Below, in pieces: positions 26,924 to 39,757 of a DNA stretch of 64,000 bases (its first letter is position 1; the number at the start of each line of letters is the position of its first letter). Both the position numbers and the translations under genes were made by a program. The notes beneath the pieces were generated by a model, which was given only the letters and a program-made list of their open reading frames with translations, did not search any database and was not told where the DNA came from. The stretch covers positions 1,860,001 through 1,924,000 of the forward strand of contig CATNEN010000008.1 of NCBI GenBank assembly GCA_950097015.1, given 5' to 3'. This DNA comes from Macrostomum hystrix (taxonomy: Eukaryota; Animalia; Platyhelminthes).

Positions 26924-29264
26924 TCATTTATCCATGCTATTCCAAAGTAGTTGAAATTGTCGCAGAGACTCTAACGGATACATCGGCTTGCCATGGTACC
27001 GCTTGGAGATACACTCCATGGAGAGACAGATTGCTTCGTGCACCACCTGTGGCTTCAGGGACTTCAGAAGGCTCGTACTGGTTGCCATGCCTGGATAGCA
27101 GTTGATCTCTATTAACCACACCTTGAATAATTTGTATCAGTAAGGAGCCTGTTTAATAAAGTTACAGTGTATCAACCTCTATATAATTCTAGAACATTTT
27201 CTAGATCCAAACTAACTCTGTAAAGCGCTTTTACTCCTAATAGAAGCAATGTGTGTTATCACTCAGCAAAGTTTCTTAGGCCCTAAAAGCTTGTCGTTTC
27301 TATGACGGCGCTCACCCTGCCGTTCGTATCCAGCATGAAGTCGCAGCCTAAGAACTCGAAGCAGCCGCCAATGCGGGAAACCTTCGAGTAGGCGGCCCGG
27401 CTGACAATGCCCAGAATGGCTCGCATGCTGGGGTGCACCCGACGGAACAAAAAGTCAAAATCAAAACCCGTAGATTGGCATCTAGAATTTAAATAATCGT
27501 TCATCTGGGCCGGAGTCCAAGTCGATTCGTTGCCTCGTTTCGGCCACTCGTCTATCGACTTGGCAATCGACTGGTTGGTGAGGTGCACCGCGATATCCTC
27601 AGTTTCCTCAGTGTAGGGCCTCAGCGACAGTCTGACAAAGCCTGGGTGATAGAAGGCCATTAGTTGACCTCGCTCCGGACAAACCAGCAGGAGGTAAACC
27701 CTTAGATCGCTCTTGCGTCCGTCCAGGGTCATCGGATTGCGAATGTACTCCTGAATGATGAGGTTGGGCAGGCGTTCAGCCAGTTGCAATAGCTGCTCCC
27801 GACTACGCACCAGGCAGATGCCCTTGCCGCAGTTCTCCGACAATGGCTTAGCGATCCAGATGCTGTCACGCTTGAAGAAAGTTTCCGCAATGTGAGTCAA
27901 CTCCTCGTGTGTGAGGTCGAACAGTGTCTTGGGCAGGTAGGCGTCCGAATTGTAGGCTCGTATATCGTCCGGGAAACAAAGATGGTTTGGGACATTTTCT
28001 TTATCGGCCGAATTCATGACCGCTTGCTCGTACTGGCGGATAATGGTCTGTAATGCTTTCTTGTTGTGCAAGCAGATACTGTTGGGCAATGTGCTCACAA
28101 AGTGCAGGCCGGTGAGGTTGGCTGTGTTACGCCACTCGTTGATGGACTTGGCTGTGTAAGCGTGGCACCAGAAGAAGCTTGGATGGCATGAAAGCTGGTT
28201 GCGATAGTTAGATATGTGCGACCAGCCGAGATGATTAAAAACCTCTTGAACCCTGGGCACAGAAGTGAAAACAAGTGGTGGTCTGACAGCCAAAACACAT
28301 CACCCATCTCCCATCTCAGAGCAACCATCTCTGAGCACCCATCTCCCATCTCAGAGCACCCATCTCTCATCTCAGAGCAACCATCTCCCATCTCAGAGCA
28401 CCCATCTCCCATCTCAGAGCACCCATCTCCCATCTCAGAGCAACCATCTCCCATCTCAGAGCACCCATCTCCCATCTCAGAGCACCCATCTCCCATCTCA
28501 GAGCAACCATCTCCCATCTCAGAGCAACCATCTCCCATCTCAGAGCACCCATCTCCCATCTCAGAGCACCCATCTCCCATCTCAGAGCAACCATCTCCCA
28601 TCTCAGAGCACCCATCTCCCATCTCAGAGCACCCATCTCCCATCTCAGAGCACCCATCTCCCATCTCAGAGCACCCATCTCACATCTCAGAGCACCCATT
28701 TCCCATCTCAGAGCACCCATCTCCCATCTCAGAGCACCCATTTCCCATCTCAGAGCACCCATCTCCCATCTCAGAGCAACCATCTCCCATCTCAGAGCAA
28801 CCATCTCCCATCTCAGAGCAACCATCCCAGAGCACCCATCTCCCATCTCAGAGCACCCATCTCCCATCTCAGAGCACCCATCTCCCATCTCAGAGCAACC
28901 ATCTCCCATCTCAGAGCACCCATCTCCGATCTCAGAGCACCCATCTCCGATCTCAGAGCACCCATCTCCCATCTCAGAGCAACCATCTCCCATCTCAGAG
29001 CACCCATGACAATAAAACACTATTCAGAGCACAATGACAACAGACTTACATAGATTTCCCATCCGGATAGGTGAGGGAACAGTAGCCCATGTCAGATATG
29101 ATTTCACTGCTAAACATCTTGGCAACCCAATTTTTTAGCGGATAATTGCCGGTGGGCGAGACATTGTCCGGATAAGACGAGTTGACGGCAGCCATTTGAA
29201 CGCCTAGACGAGGCAAGGTAAGTTGTTGTTGCAGTAACTTATTGTTTTTTATGTTTTCAGGTTG

Positions 29265-29304
<40 letters not shown>

Positions 29305-29387
29305 TGCTGTTGTTGCTGCTGCTGCTGCTGCTTCTGCTTTTCAGCGCTTATTAGAGTTCCAACGGTGCTGCTCGTAGTGCAAGACAT
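26924..29387 (-). CDS. TTLL10: Tubulin-tyrosine-ligase-like protein, TTLL10-like glycylase, 500 aa; exons 29387-29050, 28282-27316, 27121-26924
   Basis: TTL motifs WIAKP..N.GKGI, IIQEYI.NP..LDGRK.D.R.Y, HLTNQ, FEFLGCDFMLD, VWLIEIN; C-terminus (..VV.E...L..E...K...G..M.PL.S.R.F.LL.N) resembles TTLL10; exons splice in frame (1503 nt); start codon less certain. Confidence 0.88.
28303..29006 (+). repeat. 21-bp minisatellite (CTCCCATCTCAGAGCACCCAT) filling TTLL10 intron 1
   Basis: Period 21; occupies almost all of intron 28283-29049. Confidence 0.93.
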
Positions 29388-30445
29388 GCTTAAGTTTAAG
29401 ATTTTTTAAGAAAACAGAAACAAAAATACGCCCTGAAGCTCTGCAGCATTGTGCTATATCAAGTGATTTCTAGTCAAGTGATTGCTTCGCTTGGCCGGTT
29501 GTGACTTGCCATAGACTATGCTCGTTACCCGACGGAAGTGCTGCTCACAGCATGTCCCAGGCTGCACCTGCCTCTTGCTCAGAGTACCGTGTCAGATGCG
29601 TGTCTCTTCCTCTTTTTATTGTGGTATTATTAATAAACTAGCTGTAGATGATGAGATGAGATGAGACGCGAGATGAGCACTGCTGAAGATTTGAGCACAT
29701 CCTGGATTTGTGCGCGCGGCCTTTGCAGCCTACGGAAGAGGGAGACTGAGCAGGGTGGGGCGGTGTCAGAAATTTGCAGTAAAATGGCTTGCTGACTTGA
29801 GAAGCAAGCAGACCTGATAGTGAGTAGTAACAAAATGTCTGGCCAAAAGGGCCAACGAAGGATCAGCAGTGCCAGTCCGTGGCAACGGCCCGGCAGCTCA
29901 GGTCGCTGCTCATCCTTGGGATTCGCTGCGCAGGACACCAGGTACTATTCGGTAAGACTGTTGTTTGAGAACTGCTCAAAAAGGTGCTGAAATCAGCGTT
30001 GCTAAGACAGTTGCTGCTGTCGTGCTGTTAAAATGACAACAGACTCTGACACCAAGAGAGCATTTGGCTGACAGACACCAAAAATGGCTGGGGCGTTTAC
30101 GAAGCTGGTTAATAACCAGTAATAAAGCACCACTGGTTGCCTATAAATTACCAGTGTTGATTTACGAAGCACTGGTAAAATCAGTGCTTCGTAGCTTCGT
30201 AGCACTAAAAATAGGCGCTGCTAGTGAAACCACCAAAGCGTAAGGAATGAAACACGTCCCTATATAAGGCCATATTTGGAAGTTGTGACATTTATCTGAG
30301 GTCGTCCATGGTTGGTAAATAAACATTGCTTTGTAAAATAGAGATAAAAATAGCAGTGGTCTGTCGCGGTTCGCTGGTAATTTACAGGGTTAAATCAGAA
30401 TGTCATATTTATTAGATTCTTTCAATCGATTTCGCCCTCATGCAG

Positions 30446-31439
30446 ACCCCGGCTGGCGGATCAAGCAGAGCTCAAAGTGCGGACTCGCACAGCTGTGGTG
30501 GCGTCAAATTTTCCAGCCTCAATGTTGACTGGGAATGGACTCGCTACCTGCAGCGCCAGGTAAGCTGAAGCAAATCTACACAAATCTACAAGCATTTGTA
30601 CACAGTGACACGAGCGGATTTTTATTTCAGGAAATCAATCTCGCCAATAAAGAAGTCATCAAAAAGAGAACACTGGTTGTCACTGGCCCAGCTAATAAGC
30701 GGATTGTGTCGCAATCGAAACACGCTCACAGACTGGTAAATAAGTGCTTAATTGAAGTCAGTCCTATTTTAGCAGTCCTTAATAAAGTTAATTCCGTGCC
30801 TTATTACAATAACGGTGCATTGCTAGGCCTGCTGCAGCTCGGGCCATTGTCCTACCTGTTCGAATGCGATGCACGGCTCCGATTGGTCCAGACAGATTGC
30901 ACTTCTCAGGTGAGATCGGGGGGAAAAACACGTTGAAGCTACTGTTAGTAGGCCATGTTTTAATACAGAGAAATTATGGTCAGAGTTTTCGGACTTCTGA
31001 CTGACACCTGTGGCAGGAACTTCTATCTATCTATCAAAGTATTGTTTTTTTATCAATAGACAGAGTTCTCAAAGACTCGGATAAAGACATAAACGTACTC
31101 CCATTCAGCTTACACGACTCGGCTCTGCAGCGTCGGGCAGCTGAACGTCGTCGACGAGCTGACCTCGCCAAGCAGCTGTTGGACAGTAGATCGGCACTCG
31201 CCCAGGTGGACGCCGCACTTCAGCAGGCTGGGCAGCTCTGCCGTCCTGAGCAGCTGGCGCCGCTGCTGTCAACGGCGACATCGGCTTCGGCAAGCGTCGT
31301 TGCATCATCGATCCAGCTGACAACGAAGAACACAACGACAACAACGCTTGAGTGTCCGATTGTAGCCAAGACGTTTGGACGGGCGCGGCGGTTTGTGCCG
31401 GGCGCAGGACCTACTCCTAGGGGTGCGATAGTTATTTGA
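30446..31439 (+). CDS. Putative small multi-exon gene, partial; exons ~30446-30559, 30827-30910, 31109-31439; coiled-coil-like last exon
   Basis: GC-rich islands with CAG/TAG acceptors and GTAAGC/GTGAGA donors give an open spliced frame (WEWTRYLQRQ-ACCSSGHCPTC...ALQRRAAERRRRADLAKQLL); an alternative open frame exists; 5' end unresolved. Confidence 0.35.
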
Positions 31440-31917
31440 AATAGGCCTTTCATCTACTTATAGTAGTATCAATACTACTTATGACTGACTGACTGACTGA
31501 CTGATGGACATTGCGGATGTGCGGGAGTTAGCTGTAATAGTTGCAGTAGAAAATATTATTATTGAATCAGCTTGGCCTGTCTAAGCAGACGAACTACTCA
31601 TGGGGCAGACACGAGCAGGAAGGGATTAGGATCTAAAACTAAGTAGAGTAAAGTCACTGTGAGCTTAAATTTTTCATGACGTCATAGGGTTCGCGATGAG
31701 GACCGTGATGAATGCAGGGGCGAAATTCCTATGGGATTACTATTATAGATTCATGCTGTATAAATGTATCAAGTCATGTCTACAATAATCTACGCCGTAT
31801 GCTAAAGTATTTGAGCAGTGTAACATAAAAACATTTCTCCAATCATTGTGCGGGTGCAATCTCTAGTTTGGACCGCGAAATTCGAAGAGGCAAATGCTTC
31901 TAGATTACGTGATTAAG

Positions 31918-32104
31918 GGATTCTGGGATTCTGGGATTCTGGAGTTCTGGGATTCTGGGATTTTAGGATTCTGGGATTTTAGGATTCTATGATTTTAGGA
32001 TTCTGGGATTTTAGGATTCTGGGATTTTAGGATTCTGGGATTTTAGGATTCTGGGATCTTTGGATTCTGGGATTTTTAGATTCTGGGAGTTAGGGATTCT
32101 GGAT
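31918..32104 (+). repeat. 8/16-bp repeat (GGATTCTG GGATTTTA)
   Basis: Alternating 8-mers. Confidence 0.9.
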
Positions 32105-32394
32105 TACTAATTCGATTATTGTTAACTCAGCCTCAAAAATTTATCAGAGCAAACTCAACCGATTTTTTTAAAAGTGCAGGTCAGCAAACAGCGTTGAGTC
32201 AGTCGGCTTCCGTAGCTCATGAGACCTCAGCTCCTGGCAAAACAATTCGGCACATTAATGATGCAAGTTGCCATCGAAATGCTCATTCCTTTGGAATTTA
32301 CTATGCCTTCGAATTCAATCTATTAACTATTAGTGAAACCATCAACTAACAGTTCCTGTGAGACCTGTTACACGCTCCGGGTTAATATTTTGTT

Positions 32395-32574
32395 GTAACA
32401 TCCTCTGTCTAACAGTTTGTAAGAATCCTGTAACACCCTCTGTCTAACAGTTTGTAAGAATCCTGTAACACCCTCTGTCTAACAGTTTGTAAGAATCCTG
32501 TAACATCTTCTGATAGCAGATTGTAAGAATCCTGTAACATCCTCTGTCTAACAGTTTGTAAGAATCCTGTAACA
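32395..32574 (+). repeat. 35-bp tandem repeat, ~5 copies
   Basis: TAACATCCTCTGTCTAACAGTTTGTAAGAATCCTG, period 35. Confidence 0.9.
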
Positions 32575-33361
32575 ACAGCATCTTCTCTGGCTGTGATTTT
32601 ACTCTAAAATAAAATTTTCTTTAATTCAGGAAGTCGAAGTTTTTCATTTTAATTCATTGTTTCAGATATCGCTGAGGGAATTTTATTTCAAGGGGATGGG
32701 ATGATTTTTTAGTTTTGCCGCCCGATTTCCTCTCTACGAAATGGCCGAACCCGCTATTTTATGATGCCGCCAGATCTTCAGGATTCCGTACGAGAACTCG
32801 GCGAGCCGAATGACAACCGAGGAGACCGGTGAGAGCCACGGTCTGCAGGGCCTTGTGTGCTTCATTCTGAGACAATTTTTGATTGGTTGGCTGGTTGGTT
32901 AGGGATCGAAACTAAACCGACCTGGCAGGGGATGCACGCGACCAGACCAGATTCCATGCGGCTCGAGTCGCTAAGCCATTTTCAATTGATTATGAGAATA
33001 CGAGGAAGATTCCAGCAGATTTCAGGGGAAGTTGAAATCCTGCGCGCGATGCGATCGGGTGAATAGGGGAGAAAAGAGGGCTGGAGTGGCAGAGAGAGAG
33101 AGAGAGTGGAGGGGAGCGCCAAGTGATGAGAGAGGGGGTGGAGCAGAAGGGGATAGAGTAGAGCATCGGCCCAGCCAATGAAGCCTGGCTATGAGCTGAG
33201 CTGTGAGTACGATAATTAACTTCTCTTTTGCCTTCTAGACCAAAAAACTGTAGAGAGGTGGGGATTCTGCTAGGCAGCAAAGCTCTTGTTCCACAGACTG
33301 GCTTCAATTCTGAAAGGTAGTGTCCCACAATTCAATATTCCAAGAGTCAGCAGCCGTACTA

Positions 33362-36232
33362 ATGGATCAGCAGTCTGGAAATCCGGTCGATGCTACAAAT
33401 CCATCATCGACTGTCGTGAAAAAGGGCCCCAAGCAGCAGCAGCAGCTACGAGCCGCTGAAGAGACATTCGAGCAGCAGCAGCAGCCGCCGCAGGTCCTAC
33501 GTCGGCGGGCTGGTCGAGCCGGCGGAATCGTCGGCGGAGGCGACTTCGACGACAAGCCATCGACGCAGCAGCAGCCGATGTCGGTGACTGGGCGACAGGC
33601 TCAGCTGATCAGGCGGATGTCCACAATCGAGATGGTGGTGCACAATGAGGACGGCGAGACAGAGGAGGTGGAAATCGACGTGGCGGAGGCGGAGGCGGAG
33701 GGCGGTGAGTACACGTCGCCAGTTGTGGCCGGGAGATGAAGATCGGGACACCGGGTGTTTGAGAACTTTTGTAATTCTCTGGCAGGAGATTCAGGGCCAA
33801 CAATGAGAAAGTCAGGGCAGATGTACACACCTGTGTGAGTGAGTGCCTGCGTACAGTATCTGTGTGCGTGTGTGCTCAGGAGTCAGCGGAATGAGCAGAA
33901 ACGCTTCTAGCTGGCTCTGTGGGTCTTACTGTCACAAAATCATGTGCAATCCTGATGAATATTATCACAATTGTTATTATTATTCTCAAATTTCAGGTGT
34001 CAGGGATTCCGTGATTTTGGGATTCCAGGATTTAGTGTTGCGTGCCTATGTGGCCGATTTCAGTTTTCAGTTGACTAACTCCTGAGATCTGCGTCCACAA
34101 AGCCATGCATCTAATAATCTCCCTGCTTTGTTCCCGCTGCTTCTGCATATCTTTTCAGCTTCTCCAAGGCAAGCAGCTGAATGGGATCAATTGCAGCTAG
34201 CGGCTCAGAGGCGGTTAGAAACAGGATATGGGGAGCTATGATGAGGGGAAGATGGGATCAAGATGAAAGGTGGCTAGAGGGCGGGGGGCCAGAGACGGCG
34301 AGGCAGTCGAAATTCACTCGGAAACGCTCGGAGATCAGCTTGTGAATGCGTAGAGCAGAGAAAAAATGTGAAAAGAAGGTATACAGGTTCACATTTGCTC
34401 AGACCATCAGCCTAGCTCTCCGAGTTCTTTGGCTAATTATGTCGCGTCTAGTGCACGGCTGACAGACCCTCAAAGAGTCTTTGAGCCGGGCGCAAAATTT
34501 CAGCGCTAAATTGCACTCCACGACTCGCCATCCGCTGGTCAAAGACACTTTTTAAGACCAAGAGAAATAATTAGAAACTGTCTCTTTGATAGTACTAGAA
34601 TGTCAGCGTGGGGGCTCCCGACACTCGGCGCGGATAAAGGGAGCGCTGGGGTACAAGAATGTCAGCGTGGGGGCTCCCGACACTCGGCGGATGAAGGGAG
34701 AGCCAATGTTCAAGCTTTCAATTCGATTGAGAAACTTAAACTCAGAATATTCAAAGGACTTTAATTAAAGTACTTTAATAGTTGAAGTCAATAAAATTGC
34801 ATGATAAATGCAATGACAGTTTGTTTTGTAAAGCGAACCAGCTAGGATAAATGAGCAAATGATGACGCATTAGATGATGCATTTCTCATCAGCCTCTCAG
34901 ATGATGCATCAGCTGGGTTTGTGCCAGCTGCGGCACGAGAGTTCAACAAGCTTTGAGAATCGTTAAAAAAGTCGCAATCGTCCCTGTTTAGACCCACTGT
35001 ATTTCTATACTCGCGATAACATACCGGCGCAGGTGCTGAGCAATGGTGTCAAAATGAGGCAGGGAACACGAAATAGGGGATCATAAACGACTCATACCAA
35101 TGACATCACTGAGCCAAGAAAGCTTTGGAGTTCCCACTGTCTGATTTGTTTGTCGGACTTTGATTTGAACTTCGATTTTAAGGTTCATCAGTGAGGCTTC
35201 ATGACCTGTGTAGCTTTATAAGTAAGCCCCATTGTCGCTATTGCATTAAAGTAAGGCTCCGAGTGGGATGGAGAAATGTGCGCGAAAATCTATTGTGGTT
35301 CAGGCAAATTCATCTGGTCTGCCAGATTGATTATTGGCCGAGAATATTGAGCTTAGAAAGATTTGGCATCTCTTGTGCTGCAGCTACCTGAGCAGTACGA
35401 GTGTAAAGATTTTCGCGAATAAACGAGATTTTGGACACAGCATACAGATGAGGATTAGGAACAGATAAGACAGGATGAAATTCTGTGCAGATTTAATTTC
35501 GAACGACACTTCCACAGTTCTGAATGATTAATTAAAACAGTTTTTTTCCACTGCCTGCATGCGGCTTCAGTGGAGCAGGCTTAGATAAGATTCTGTTCGT
35601 TTCTCTTTTAGCTCAGGACGAGCTGGCCTTGTCTCCAAGGAGAAGCAAAACAAAACGAATCAGCACAAAGAACTCGCATAGAATTCAAATCGATTTCGAT
35701 TTTGAAAATTGATTATGCTCGGGTGGAGGGTGGTATTTTATTGATGGTTTTCTAAAGAAGTCAATCCTCCATTTCGATTCACCATACAAGCATCAAGCAA
35801 GCATCACGTGACAGCTATCAGCCAATAGAAAGCCGGGTGATTCCCAAGGTCGTCATCAAGAAGTAACTTATGTCATTGAAGTGATTAAACAAATAATGCG
35901 AGAATGTTGCCAGCCTTAAAATCGATATTTCTATTGTTCCAATCCTCCTCCGCAATTCCTCCCCAGCCGGCATGCCGCAGCGTTCTGGATCCAGCATCTC
36001 GGACCGCATCAATCGCCGACGAAACTCGGAGCTCGCTGCCGACATCATCCGCCTCTCAGCTGCGCACCGGCGGCGCGAGTTTGTCCAGCTGTTGAACGAG
36101 CATCGCGCCATTGTGCGCGACCTGCAGACGCACAGCTCCGGAGTCGGCGGACGGCGCTCGAACCAGCGACCTCCGAAGCTGGTTGGCACCATTCATGAGA
36201 GCAGTGTGGACAAGGAGAAGGACCATTTTTGA
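33362..36232 (+). CDS. Putative uncharacterised protein, ~202 aa; exons 33362-33704 and 35967-36232 (internal exons possible)
   Basis: Q/E-rich GC-rich exon ends G|GTGAGT (phase 1); polypyrimidine CCCCAG acceptor at 35966 continues in frame (ELAADIIRLSAAHRRREFVQLLNEH) to TGA. Confidence 0.55.
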
Positions 36233-39039
36233 AGCAAAACTGATTTTGTTTTTTAACAATATATCCGTTTAAGTTTATGTTGTTTCTTAATTCAATAAAT
36301 CGAAAAACTTTTTTCTGGTTCCTACGCACGAAATGCGTCTAAAAGTACATTTTTGCACAAAACAGTGTTTCACAAAAACTAGCTTGGAAGAGACTAATGC
36401 AATACTTTCACTAGTTACTTCATAGAAAATATAAAGTAACATTTTCCAAGCAGGTAGTTTCTTGAATAGCTCTTGTATTTTCTATCGAATGCTTGAATCC
36501 AAGTGCCGATTTAAGGTAGGTCCTGTGTGAGCGTATGGCTGTGTACAGTATCTGTATGCGAGTGCGCTCCGGAGTCAGCGAAATGGGCAGAACTGGCTCC
36601 TCGCAGGCTGCGGGTCTATTGTCACCCAATTTAGCCATTTTTATAATCTGGATTCTTCGATGATTCAACCATGTATTAGCACGTAGATTGTGCCCTGAGT
36701 CTATGTGAGCAAATAACTGATCTTAACGAGACAATTCACACATTTCCTTCTCCTATTTCATTTTTGTCTAATTGTAACAATTTTACGAGATTGCATTAGG
36801 ATAGGTTCTAAGAAAGTACTGATATACGAGGCTGCAGGACCAACGCGCCTCGGTTTTTCCCGCATATTGTCGATACCAATAGCACTCTAGGGGTAAGTAA
36901 CGGCTTCGCGACAGCAGGCAGGCTATACTTGAGACCCACTAAACGAAAATGCTTTCTCGAGGAAAGTTATTGCTTTCGCCATGTGCTCATCAGCAGCATC
37001 ATCGCTAGAGATAGCTGAGCTCACTTATGCTTCGCATCATCCTATCACACCGAGCACGTCGGGCCAATTAGCCAAGGCGATCGTTAAACAGAAAAATGGG
37101 CCAAGCGTGCGGACGCTGACGGGACAAGACGAGGCCGCGTCGTCCACCTCTAGGGACGTCCCTCTGTGCTGCAGTTAATTTTATGTGACGCATAGTTCGT
37201 AGATGCCCGTGTACACAGTAGAAGAGGACTAGCAGGGCCTGATCAAAGATAGTCATCATGCTACTCGTAGAAAGATGTTCTATGCATCATGCCTGCCTAT
37301 ACTGTACTAATAAGCACAAGCATGCAAGAGGGAGGTATACGTCACTCAAAGTTTTTGTCAGACCTTGCATGGACGGCAAAGTAAAATTAGTGTCATATTT
37401 GCGGAATAGCTGGCATCAAAATGATGGCGCTGAACGCCTAATGAAAGACGACAAAGAAGCCTGGCATAATTATATGCCGTTCTCTCAAAATTCTCTCTGA
37501 AGGCAGCAAGAACAGGCAACAGAAGCAATATGTGGCTATTAACGTATTAACGAAGGTTCAGGACAAAAAACGGTGTCCAACCAAAGTTTGGTAAGCAGCC
37601 TAAAGTCACAATTTCACAGGTCACAAAACACTGTCTCCAGATGTGCTGTAGCTTATTTTAATTCATTTACCTGAAGAAAGCGATATGAAGGCGAGGATTG
37701 GAACGCTCGATATATTCCGATGAGTTTCAGACGGAAAATAGGGGGTAGTGTCAGATGGTCCGAAAGCCATAGGCCATCCTAGATTGGCTGGGGGCCGTAG
37801 GTGCGCCCTGTCTAAACTCCAGAAGGCTTGGAAGGTCATTGCAGAGTCATGTTGCGGCTTTTAGTGTGGAATTCACAGTGTCCACGTCTCAGCGCTGAAC
37901 AACAGGGTGAGAATTACCAATAACGATGGATTGACAGATGGATGGAACAAGAATTAGTGTCACCCTAAGCCATAAAGATTGGCGACGCTGTGCAGAAAAT
38001 ATTATTGTTTCAAAGCTTAATGACAATATCATTCATTGCCATGAATGATAATGAGACAGTATGAGCGTTATGTACATTTGAGCATGATACCGCAATAAAT
38101 GCTTGCTTGGCTTAATCTCACAGCACACACCCTAACCCTCAGCGGGTTAACTGAAACATCATCCGAACTGAGTCCAAATCTATAATCTATATCTAAAAAG
38201 ATTCTAATAAACTAAGATCGAATTAAAAAAGCAAAATAAAAAATTCGCACAACTACAACTAGCTTGCGTGCACAATTTATCATAACAAATTTAGCTCGCT
38301 TGTTTACTCGCAGAGACTACTTGAAAGTTGTTATTTAGATTTTACTCGTAGTAGCAAAAACAAGGAACAATGTAATAAACATAACGATCGCTTACTATTG
38401 GAATAGCGTAGAAATTTTCAACCAAACAAAGCGGATGTTAGTGGCAAACTGTTAATAGTTACAAAAAACTTACTATTAGTTATCCACGCGATTTTGTAGT
38501 TTTATCGATCTTTTTCAACGCAATAATGCTTAAAAGTGAAGAAAATTACTATTAAATGCTATAGCATTAAACTTCATATTAAACTTGAAGATAGTTAAAA
38601 GCAAAAAATTAGTTTTAGGTAATTAGCACAGCGCGTGTGTAATTAACTGCTTGTGTAGAGTTAATTAAACTCGTAACTAAGCTAAAGAGAAAGCAACAGC
38701 CGGATTGGCTAAATGCGAAAAAATCTGTGGATAGCACAAGAACGGGACAGAAAATTAAACTGCAGAAACTTCAAGGCTTACAATCAGATGCAAGAAATGA
38801 ATAGATTGATAATAAAAAAATCAAGGCATGAGTGCTGAAGAAAAAAACTAATAATTATGCAGCCTTACTAACTCTGCAAAAAACCGAGAAGGATATTTAA
38901 AGACTAAACAAAAAGATGGCCTGGTACTGCAAAATGCACAGAGCTGGATTGCTCTAACCATAAAACTAAGCGAGGTCCAAAAATTAATAGAAAAGCAAAA
39001 CTGGAACCGGCATAAAACACCGATGAAACCACGGGTGAA

Positions 39040-39308
39040 ACCGTTGCAAAAGCACCGGTGTAACGGTACAAAAGCACCGGTGTAACGGTACAAAAGCACC
39101 GGTGTAACCGGTACAAAAGCACCGGTGTAACCGTTGCAAAAGCACCGGTGTAACCGTTGCAAAAGCACCGGTGTAACCGTTGCAAATTCACCGGTGTAAC
39201 CGTTGCAAAAGCACCGGTGTAACCGGTACAAAAGCACCGGTGTAACCGGTACAAAAGCACCGGTGTAACCGGTACAAAAGCACCGGTATAACCGGTACAA
39301 AAGCACAG
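39040..39308 (+). repeat. 23-bp minisatellite (ACCGGTGTAACCGGTACAAAAGC)
   Basis: About 11 units, some 22 bp; ACCGGT palindromes in each unit. Confidence 0.9.
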
Positions 39309-39757
39309 GAAAAAAGACGACACAAAGGCACCGGTAAAACACAGACAATATAAAAGCTAAAACTCGCACAAACACAGGTACAAAGGTACAAAAGGATTGG
39401 TAGCACTGGTGACAAAAAGCAGGGGAAAAACTGGAAGAAATCTAAAAAATGATCAGGGAAACTAAGAACGAGCGTACTTTCCTATGGCTACCTAATTTCG
39501 CGCATTATTTTTTTGTCTTGATTCTGTGGATCTTTATCTATGGATTATCAATTGAGGTTAAGACAGAATTTTCCATTTTATACTAGATTTACGAAGTATA
39601 GTACTAACGCTAACATTTTAAGTAGTATAGTATATAACAGCAAGCATAAAAATTCTAGGCAATCTTAGCATAGCCTTCTCAGACTTATTAGTGCTACTTA
39701 AATCTGTCAGTTCCAATAGATATTCCAATAGATGCCGTAGCTAGATTGACTATGAAG

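Noticed and set aside
28095-29053. ORFs of 189-273 aa (SEHPSPI, MGDGCSE)
   Set aside because: Translations of the intronic 21-bp repeat; flanking TTLL10 exons splice in frame around it
38848-39415. Three overlapping minus-strand ORFs (CFCTGYTGAF)
   Set aside because: Derived from the 23-bp repeat
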